Positions 53,600 through 64,000 of a stretch of 64,000 nt of DNA are shown here, piece after piece (within the stretch, counting starts at the first letter, position 1; each line of letters starts with the position of its first letter). This DNA is from Auanema rhodensis. Its lineage: Eukaryota; Animalia; Nematoda. The position numbers and the translations under genes are program-made. The notes below the pieces were generated by a model. That model ran no database searches and was not told where the DNA came from. It saw only the letters and a program-made list of their open reading frames with translations. The stretch lies in NCBI GenBank assembly GCA_964057225.1, contig OZ059897.1:9920001-9984000 (forward strand). Direction: 5' to 3'.

Positions 53600-56500
53600 C
53601 TTTTGAGGAAAATTCATTTTCTTGTATAACATTATCTATTTGTACATAAGTCGCAAGAAATGTCGAAGAAAGTTCATAAATTGGGGTTCTTGATAGCCTT
53701 GATGAACAGGAACCGACTATGTCAATTTGTCCATAAGTACATCAGCGAAAAAAGGCAAGAAAAACCGACGTTAATTTTTATAAAAGCCTGACAGATGTTT
53801 GCTAAACATAAAAACAGGTATTTTTCTAAAAGTAAGCATGAATAGATAGAGTCACACTTGGCTCGTTTCCTGAAATGTACGTTTTCCGGTAAACGGGAAT
53901 GAAGACATAAGAAACGAGTCGATTGCAGAATAGACAACACATAATGATTCCCCGAAGATCAGCGTGAAGACATGAAATATCGTTTTTATTGTTTTTTTTT
54001 GTTGCTTAAAGTATTGTCCTGGCTGGTTATTGTGGAAGTGTTATGGTTAAACTTTGTTAAACTTGGTCTATCATCATACTCTCAAGTTATAAATTTGTAA
54101 ATTTGAAAAAAAAATTGTTTTGTTGTTGTGTATGTGCGTTTTATGTGTGCCATATGTTATGAAGTAGCACAAAAATGTTATTTTCAATAAATTTTTTTGA
54201 TCAATAACATTCCACTTTTCTTTTTTGTTAATGATTGATCATATAAACGTAATTTTTATGAAAAGAAAATCATTTTGAAGAATCAAGTGCTTAGATTGTA
54301 TTGAGAGTCTGTGGATTTTGTATTCTTTGCCGTCATTCTAGATAGATGAGATATTGACAAACGCTATCGCTCACATTTCTTTGAGAGAGTTTATGGCTCA
54401 TCTAGTTTTTCTGAAAATGCTACCTAATATTAATCAATCTGCATTGTATTTCAATTGAAAGAAGTTCTATTCTTTATGGTAAAGTTTATCATCATTACGA
54501 TGAGGATAGGATATAAATGAACGTTCTTTATTACATCTGTCGTCTTCACAATACTAAAGAGAAATCATCTGTTACTTTCACCTCAGATGTCCTCTAGCTT
54601 GACCTTTATTAACTACGAGCAGTTGTTAGCCGTTTAGAAAACCTTGTATTCTAGACTACAATTACTACTTAAACTTTACTTCTTCATCAAGATTTCACGA
54701 CAATCAATATCACATATCCAGAAGTTTCACATTTTCACAAGCAATATTTTGTTATTCTGCTATTATTGTTATGTTTTCTCTTTCTCTCTGACCACTATAT
54801 CTTACTCTAAGTCGTAGATATTTCAACTTCTGTTTACCAGACGCCTGTATATATATTTTATCTTATATATATTAGATGATGATTGAATATATATGTATTT
54901 AAGCTGTAAATAATACGCTTAGGCAGTTTTTCTTATATTTTCCTCAAAGTTTTAAGATAGAAAATTTGAAATTTCATGTTGTTCTCGACTTAATGGTCTG
55001 TCTATTTAAGAATTAAAGGAAATAAAGACAAGCGGAAGGAAGAATATTATCTTATTCACTACATCTAAACTACCAATTTACGATTGTATGTTGCTTCTAT
55101 CCCTTCATTCCGCCTTATTTGACACGAATCGCATAGAAAAGGCTAGTAGCAGAGACGTGTTGCTTATGTTTCTCCTCCAAATATTTTTATATCCTTTACT
55201 TTTGCTTTCCTCAGCTAAAAGAGGTCGATTGTTACTTTGCTTTTCTTACTTTACTTCCTTCAAAGTTGATTTTGCTTGAAATGAATGCTAATGATGTAAT
55301 CACTCCTAAGGGAAAATATCAATAGAAAGGCCTGATGCGTCTAAGAATTAAGCTTTCTGATGATTTATAGAACCTTTTCATTCAGTATCATGCAGTTGCA
55401 GTAAAGTTTATTAAGTTCTTCGGTCCTATACTATTATAATTTCGAATAGAGATTTACTCAGTATCTTACTAGTTCTTAGACATAAGCGTTTTCGTGCGAA
55501 CGTCAAATGCAGTTATTCCTTTCCCTTCGAGTTAAGAGCGTATTTGGAATTCTCAGTTTTGAAGCTTCCATTAGCTCGAATATCCCGCTACTGTTGTCTT
55601 CCTTTTACTTTCCTCACTGAGCTATTAATTACTAATAAGAGTGTCTAAGAGAGAGATAGAAGAAAAGAAGATGTAGAAGCTAGCTAGGCTACGAGAGAAT
55701 CATGAGAAAAAGAGTAACTTAATCATTCCAGAATTGTTCTGAAGCCGTTCCGGTTTTCTAACATTCTCATTTCCTCAATCATCATTCATAGCTCTGAGAT
55801 TGTTTGAATATTTTAATCATCTTCATCATCTTTTTGTTCCTCCTCTCTTCATTTTAATTAATCTATCCATGTTATATTCGTGTATTCTTTTCAAAAACTT
55901 TTCTTTATTATTGCCTTTTTAGAAATAGCAGAGTCATTATATGTTCTATTATGCTTATTATGAAAGATATTTTTATTTTATTCGATCTAGTTTTCACTTC
56001 CATCAAATGTCCAAAAATTTTAGGATATTAACTGATTTTTCAACGACTCGACTTTAAATGCCAGGTTGTGAAATCGGGTTGGTTTAATGGAAGAAATGAG
56101 ACTAGACTTTGCTAGAAGTAGGGAGTAAAGGTTGAGGAGAGGTTGAGAGATAGATGAAGAGAGTGTACGAGATTGAAAGGGATATGAAGAGATACAAAAC
56201 CAGAAACATCAAAGATAGAGGGATGCGTAAATTCGGAAGCCTTCCTATTCTATAACGTTCTCCATTCGCATTCACGATGTTTTTAAGAAAAGTTGATAAA
56301 TACATATGTAAATTTGTTTTTTATCTGTTTTGAATCAAAAAAATACTGCAAATGGCTGTCCTTAGAGATAATCGTTTTTTAGATATTTGTCGTTATCTAC
56401 CTACAGAAACAGTAATTGCCCTCCGTGAATCTAAGATGACATAGCCTGATATAAGATATATTTCATTCATGTTGTTCATTATTCACCCAATTTCTCATTC

Positions 56501-57263
56501 AATGTCTTTTCATTTTCTTTTCCAAAAAACCCACAAATATCCATTCAATTTCAACAATTTTAAATTCTCATTAACGTATCTTTTTCACTATTTTTCAACA
56601 TTTCCTTTAAAATGAATTCTAACTAAATTTATAAAATAAGATATATAGTATATGTTTCAAAGACTAGTAGATTTATTCATATAATAAAACATTGAGCGTT
56701 TTCTTTTCGTCGTTCCGTATTCATCTATCAAATTTAGCTTCTTTTGGCACCCAGCTTTGTGTCAGAAGACGAGAATTCTTTTCGGATGCTTTATCTTCTG
56801 TCTGACATGCCTTCTTATATCAACAACAAGAATGCAAAGAAAGCTAGCTTGTTGGTAATTTCTTGGTTTTGTGCTTCCGGAAAAACTTTGCTTTTTATTG
56901 CATCGTTCCTTTTTTTTTTCTTTTATATTGTCTTAAATGTTTCTATATATGCTCACGTTCGTATTGCAGATATTATGAAAACTTCAGTTTGGTTTCTAGC
57001 ACATTTTATTTCCATTTTTTTACTTCCAAGTAAGATTTTATAATATTTTTTATATGTTTTCCGAATATTAAATGAATACGACTTATGCGAACTTATGTCA
57101 TGACTGACGTAAACGACGTACATACTTCTCATTTTGATGTGAAATTGGAAGTGAACGGTTGTATTTATTCAACAAAACGATGTTTTCAAGTATTTTCTAA
57201 GTAAAATAATCGAAATACTTGAAACCAATATCAACATATTATGAATTTAAATATTTCCTCAAC

Positions 57264-58709
57264 ATGATACTATGCGTAAGTGAAAGAGAAATTAATAAAA
57301 CTAGTCTATAATGTATGCATATTGTGATTAACTTCATTTACTATATTTTGGAATTCTAAACAATATGTTTCCGGAGAAAACCAGTTATAAGAATAAAAAA
57401 ATATTTTTTCTTTACTATATCTATGTATAGCATTATTGTATTGAAATAATAATAATAACAATCCAATTCAATATAACTATTTTTAAAAAAAGTAAATAAA
57501 CAAAAGATTTGTATATTTCGATTATATAAGTAAATTATTTTTCAGCTTTATCTTTTCCAATAAAACAACAAAACATTTCTGATCTATTACTACCTCTACA
57601 TTCAACTACTGCTTTAATATGTGATCCTGTGTTCAAAACAACGAATAGTACGGCTCATTGGTACAAAAATGGAATACATATTGCTACAGTTGGAAGGTTT
57701 TTCTGAAGAAAAATGCGGTTTTGCCTAAACAATTGAATTTCAGTGATTACAATGCTCTATACATGAATCGTAATGATAGTATGGAGAAAGAGGATATACC
57801 ACAAGTTGGTTTTCTCATTATTAGGAATATTGAAAAAGGTATTTCATTCTTCTAATTTCCGATTTGAACATAATCTTTATTTCAGAGGATATGGGATTAT
57901 TCCATTGTGAAACAATTGGAGAAGACTCAAAATCTGGAGATATGTTCAACCTAAAAGTTGCTTATGTTGATCCATTACCAAGAGTTAATATGATCAAGTT
58001 TGAGGTTAATTGAATTTTGAAAAAATTAATTAATGAGTTTGCATTTCAGCCATCAAAACCTATTGTTGGCCGGCATTTGTATGCACATTGTCCTATTCCA
58101 CAGGCAGTTCCTAGACCGTCGATTGAATGGAACCTTGTTAGCTAATTTTCTTTAAAGTTCAAACTTTATTTTCTTCAACTTACAGAATGGTGAGCCCGTT
58201 AGTGCTACATCATCAGAAAGTTATGTATTTCCCAATGGAACCTTACTCATCCGATATATCACTAATCTTCATATTGGAAAGCTCGAATGCATTGTATCAA
58301 ACTTTGCTGCAAAAACATCAACATATAAAGAATTATTGCCAGATATCGATATGCCATATAGTTAGTTAATTTTACAAAAACAAGAAAAAACTATCTTTTA
58401 GGTAATAATGAACTAAGTTTTAAATGTGGAAGTTTATTACGAATGAAGGTTCTTTGGTTTTTAATTGGCTGCTTAGTTACAAGGTAAAACAATTTTTTTA
58501 AAAACATATTTCGCTCATATAATGTCTTCTTTTCCAGCTTTTGTGTTCTTCTGTATTTACTTTGCGTTCTGATGGTTCTCCGACCTAATCATCGGGCCAC
58601 TTTCCGGCCTGCTCAGTGGTTGCAAACCCATCCTCTGTTGGGGCCAGGTTTCCGGAAGGTTATAACACCTATACCAGATGTGTCACTACCTCGACAAGAA
58701 GAAATTTAA
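57264..58709 (+). CDS. Two-Ig-domain type I membrane protein (ZIG family, zig-10-like); first exon uncertain
   Basis: Ig1 ALICDP..AHWYKNG..FLIIRNIEKEDMGLFHC; Ig2 AHCPIPQAVPRPSIEWNLNG..VFPNGTLLI..GKLECIVSNFA; TM VLWFLIGCLVTSFCVLLYLLCVLMVL; Pro-rich tail PLLGPGFRKVITPIPD..EEI*. Confidence 0.8.
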
Positions 58710-60489
58710 ACTTTACTACATGACTGTTATCAAAATGTAAAAACATTCTCAGAAAAACGGGTATTCTGTACAGATGTATGCATTTTAGATTTTATTCAAT
58801 AAGTCATTTAATAACAATAATAAAAATTTATTATTATTCTTATGAACAGTATAAAATTAAAATAAATACATATACATATATACATATACATATATTAAAG
58901 TTAAATTGAAGAAACTGCTTATATTTAAATTAAGACTTACAATGAAAGATTAAAGCAGACCGCAGCCCAGCAACAACCGATTGTCTCGGAAAAGATAATG
59001 AAAACAAGAAAACATCACGTACATATTATTAGAACAACGGTTCAATTGTTGTGTTTGAATATCATGAATGTAAAAAAGCTGAGTTGAGACAATAGGAGAA
59101 TTTGTTTTTGGAATTGTTTAGATAAGGGTTTTTGCATTTAAAATAATTTGAAATTAAAACTAACGGCTAAACAGATGAACGCCTTCTATAGGTATTGAAA
59201 GGAAATTTCAGGACAGCTAACAAATTTCCAGTTCATGAATCATCTTGAGTAGAAAAGGCGTAAAGAGACCGGTCTATCTCTTAGAAAATAAAGAGTCAGC
59301 TTCGTTTATTTTGAGCTGAATCTTAAATACTGAATCAAATTCTATCTAAATATATGAAACAACAGTTTCAATAAGAGAATATTAGGTTCCATTTAATCAT
59401 CATTATAAACAAACCTTTCCATGATTCATTCATAAAGAAAGTTTCAAAAGTTTTCTTAATTTTCGTAAATTCGTGTCTTTTAAAGTAGATGGATCTATAC
59501 TTTCACCTCTATCGCCACCTTTTTTAAACTTTTTAATCATTTTTCCCACTTTTCTTTTTGATCCTTTCATTCATATTCCTGTTTGATCTCTCTTTAACCA
59601 TTCTCATTTTCCTAGTTCTTCCTATTTCTTCATTCCGTTGTCCCTCTTAGTGCCTTCTTGTTCGACATTGTAGCAAAGAGGTGAAGGAAGATGAGGAGGA
59701 GTGAAAACAAATACGTATTCACCTTGCCAACTTAAATAACTCATCTATTCTCATTATACAAAGCTTACGTGAGTAAAAAAAAACTTTTAAAACAATAGTT
59801 ACTGTCCAAATGTTAATTTGCAAGCCAAAGAGCCGTTTAAGATTTTAAACAGCTTGTTTTACCTCCTCTTTCCAATCTCCCTCTCTCTCAATTTCTCTAT
59901 TCCTCTCTTCTCGCCCTTTCACCTGCTTCTATCCAACTCTTTCGTAATGCTCATTGCTCTTTCTTGACCTTTCTCCAGTTTATTCTCTCCCTCTCTCCTA
60001 ATCTTCTGATCTCTAGCATTGCTCTATCTTTCTTGCTTTGTCAACACCGCTTCTGTGATGTCGTGATCTGTCCATGAGCAGTTTTCAGTTATTCACCGTT
60101 CTCTTTGTTTTTCCCACAGTTTAATAGCCGGAGACAAACTGACCACATTCGTATGTATGTCGAGACCGAAACCTTTCCTCTCCATTCGTTTATCCCTCCC
60201 CTCACATCATCCACACTACACAGAACAAGTCTCTTTCACTGAAGGGCGGGCCTTCGTCATAGAACTCAATCAAGTACCAGCTCCTCATCCCTTTTCTTCA
60301 TCTTTGCATAACAGTATGTGATGGTAGAGAGTCTTGTCCCTTTCCTGAATATCCAATTGCAGGAAAATTATGTTCCAGTTTTTCGTTTAAATAATTTGTT
60401 AAATGTTGCTTAAATCGTTTTTTCTTTTTTTTCCGGCATAATGTACTGAGAAAGATCACAAATCGAATTTTTTTATATTTCAGCTAATC

Positions 60490-63400
60490 ATGCTATCTTC
60501 ATATTCGTATATTATTTTACTTTCACTAAATCTTCTACTTGTATTTGGTCAAGAAATACAATCGGAAGCGTGTAAAGCTGCTTTGGAAGCTTGCGAAAAT
60601 GATTTAGAATGCTCTAATAGACTGGCACCCTTAACAGCAGCATGGTAGGTTCAGTTACACTTTTTTTCCAACTTTTTTTAAAAGAAAAAATGCGGAAAAA
60701 GGACGGATATACACAAAAGTAAAATATGTATATAGCAATATGTAGATTTATAAGTTATTATCTAAACCAATAATTAAAGTATTAAAAGTATCTTCTTTAA
60801 TATTTTCGTTTAAAATACTTTTAAAGCTATTTCAAAACTTTCTTCTTCTTATACTTATTAATCTTTCTATTATTCTACCTTCTATAAGGACATACAGATT
60901 AAGAGACAGAATATTTGATTGTTGTTGTTCGGTCATTCAAATCATTATTCCCTTTAAATCCTTATACTGTAATGGAAAAAGTAAAATAGGGGTGAGAAAT
61001 AGATTTATCTGAATAAGAATTATTAAAAAGCATATTATATTACTTGGTCTTTATAATATTCAATTATTACATGATTTGGTATTAATCATATTTTCAAGTG
61101 TTATTGCTTGTGTTGTATGACCTTATATGTACATGCTTATATACATATAAACATATATTATATACATTTCAATTAATGTTTCTTTTTAAAAATTTATTCT
61201 TTTTAATGAACAATTTTTAAATCAAAATAAGTGGATGTTAGATCAAATAGTCCAGTAAGCTTACAGTCCGTTTCGAAAATATCGTTTTCTCTTTGTTTAC
61301 GAAGACCCTGAATAACGAACAGAAGCTGTCTTCAATCAGTCATCTCAACTTGAGGACGGCTTTTGCCCTTTTCATACATTACTCAAACATTAATCCATTT
61401 CCAGTTTCAAATGGTTTGAGGATTTTTGAAATTTTATCCCAATTAAGCATTCCTAAGAGCTTTCATAACAAATATATGTTTAGAATCTATAGATATTCAG
61501 CTTCCTACATCTCTTTCCGCCAAATATTTTTTGAAAAAGAAAACTTAAAACTATTTTTGCCTGATATACAACCGTTCATGATAATCAGAAAATAACGTAT
61601 GCCTTATAATCATGTCACGTGCAAACGTGGAACCACGTGCAATTTGACGTGGAAGCTGTTCCAAAGGAATAGACCATATGAAAATGACTTAATATGTCAT
61701 TAAGTATTACTAAAATGCATATAATGTGTATACAAACATATTATATATACGATGCTATATAAATACTATATATATATGTGTATCTAACTTTCTGTATATT
61801 ACTATATATAGTACATATGTAATCATACCGCGATCAGATGTGCTAATACAAACCTTTTAATTATTTGTATTTTTACTGTTTGACTAGTAGCTCTCTTTCT
61901 GGCCAAGGAATAACATTTTCGGTTAATTCTTTAACTATACATCATCAATATGTAGATGTAGTATCATGTAATAGTTCTACTTCTGCATTTTTTATTATGA
62001 GCCTTCTCGGTTTCTCTCTCTTTTCTCCCTCTTTCTTGCTTTCTCTCTCTCTCTCTCTATCTTCCTTGTATCTATTAACCATGAACAAACTTCATACAAC
62101 TTCATACAACTTCAACAGAAGAGTCTCCTTTTTTCTTTATTCGTTTATATCGTGACCTAAAAAGGAAAAAAAAGAATAATACAACATGATGGCTGAAAAG
62201 GAACAAATTTTATCCTATTTTGTATTTTCTTTTCATGAAAACAATCATTTATATCTGCATTAAGTCTATGACTTCTTTTGAATTTTTATAGATTCACGCT
62301 TTTCTTGGCTTAAATGTATTATATCAAGACAGATAAAGAATTTCGAATGAGAGGTTGGAATTTCAAGGGGGTAAAGTGGATTGACGAGGAGTGGTGGGGA
62401 GAAGGGTGGTGATGAAGGAGGGGGGTCAGTTAGAGAGAGGGGTGAATGAGCAAGGAGAATGATTGCTGATGTCTATAATTCTGTAGATTGTTTGTAGATC
62501 ATTGAAAACTCTCACCGAGCCGCCTCAAATGTGCACGTTCGCTCAACAAAAAGCGAGTGCGAAAGAGCTTGTGAAAGAACGAACGATTACTATTGAAGAG
62601 CCGAGAAAACGATAGACTATTGGTCATTGTACAGTTTTATGAAGAAAGAAATGTGAGGAAGTACGCATCTTAAATCTGAAGAAAAGGTGAAAATGAATGA
62701 GAAGAGGACAAAACAGAAGTGCTTCGTCAAAACGCTTCTTCCAAACTTCTTTTTCTTCTCTTGAGCTCAGTCTTTTCTCGCCTCTTAACTATCTTTGGTT
62801 GGTTACTTGCTTGGTCATCGTTAACGAAGAGACAAAGGGAGAGAAAAAGAGAGAGAGAATAACTTGTTCATTTCAAACAAATAGAAATAGGGCTATTTGA
62901 ACATTAGAACGTTGGAAGAAAAAGACAAAAAACCTCTGTAGGTAAACTACCACGAGTTATTCCTTTCTTTCTCAATAGTAAATTCCTCATAATCAATTGA
63001 AGAATAAAGATTCTTTATTTGAATACTACTTCAGCGAATATCCAGCTTTGTCATCTGTTTCCTCATGGGATCACTCGTATGCACATTAAGATTTTACCAT
63101 AAAGCATGACAGATGACTTGTAGAAATCTAGAGTCAGAAAGATGTTTATCTGTGATTTTCCTGACTAGAAACCCAACAAGTCCAACTAAATCTCTTTTCA
63201 TGGTGAACATTGGAAATAACTTATTCTAACAATGAAAATTAGAATAATATATATTTAGTTTCAGATTAATCTAATCATATGACGTTTATTTCATCTCGTT
63301 CGGGTTTTCTAAAAGAATAAACAAGATTTTTTTAAAAGAAACGACATCTAAAACCAGTTGTTTCAATATGGATAATAAGCTAATTGTCATTTTATCCAAA

Positions 63401-64000
63401 CGTACCTACAGCTAGAATTACTTAAAATCCACTTTTTCCATCTTTTATGCAAATTTTATATTAAAATTATGCTTAGGTGTTAAAGATTAACTTATGTATA
63501 AACTTGAAAACTGCTATGCAATCTGTTAAAAGTCAAATTTCAGTTCAACATCCACATGTCAACCACAATGCAGAAATGCAGTTCTGAATGTTTATCAAAA
63601 TAAATTAGGAAGAAACCTTTTAAGGTAAGCTATTCAACAAACTAAAACATCTCATGAACTTAATTTGCTAAAGATCGGACGCTTCCTGTATTCATGGACG
63701 TGAAGAACTTCGAACATGCAATTTCTTGCCTGCTGGAGAACAAGTACATTGCAGCTTAGCCAAGCTCGCTTGTGAAGCTGACCTTCAGGTATTTACTTAA
63801 TTTCTTAATTTCTTAACGACTGTTGGAAAACAAAATAGTTTGGTGTGATGATAGGCATTTGTGGTTTCTCAGCAAATTCATTTATCAATTATTTATGAAA
63901 ATTTTTTTGGAAAAACTGATAACGAATATAAATCTTTCTAGTGTAATTCTAAATGGGGAATTTTCTTCTCTGAATGTGAAGCTGAGACTGGACGAGGGGA
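60490..64000 (+). CDS. phg-1: GAS1 homologue (GDNF-receptor-alpha-like Cys-rich repeats), truncated by window end
   Basis: Signal peptide, then CKAALEACENDLECSNRLAPLTAAC|STSTCQPQCRNAVLNVYQNKLGRNLLR|SDASCIHGREELRTCNFLP..HCSLAKLACEADLQ|CNSKWGIFFSECEAE. Matches remembered PHG-1 sequence. First intron about 2.9 kb. Confidence 0.9.

Noticed and set aside
53660-53791. 43-codon ORF MSKKVHKLG...
   Set aside because: Short, with no recognisable motif or splice support, and it overlaps a putative RNA hairpin.
56759-56807. Hairpin TGTCAGA...TCTGACA as a pre-miRNA
   Set aside because: The stem is short and irregular, and no known seed was recognised.

Overview
AT-rich, intron-dense eukaryotic genomic DNA from a rhabditid-type nematode (short 45-50 nt introns, trans-splice-type acceptors just before several ATGs, cuticle collagens, orthologues of C. 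elegans genes). The genes were assembled by eye from spliced exons, since the ORF track only catches fragments. In order: sqv-7 (5' end), a DENND5/lst-6-like gene, a C2H2 zinc-finger gene, a DMSR-family GPCR, two identical head-to-head cuticle collagens inside a 1,170-bp-arm inverted repeat, an EXPERA/EBP-like membrane protein, an adenosine-receptor-like GPCR, tandem let-75/myo-1 and unc-54 myosin heavy chains, an orphan 4-TM gene, alh-6, emc-2, a 2-Ig TM (zig-10-like) gene and phg-1 (truncated). The most notable items are: (1) patchwork gene conversion between the ancient pharyngeal and body-wall myosin paralogues, with identical introns but divergent surface loops; (2) an unusually long Y RNA/sbRNA-like gene at 53317-53599; (3) a collagen palindrome whose arms run from the TATA box to the polyA site; (4) an unassigned multi-hairpin element just upstream of alh-6; (5) a frame-preserving cassette/micro-exon cluster with three RBFOX sites in the DENND5 RUN domain. 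No mobile element, tRNA, rRNA or CRISPR array could be supported. Orthology calls rest on remembered protein sequences, not on database searches.
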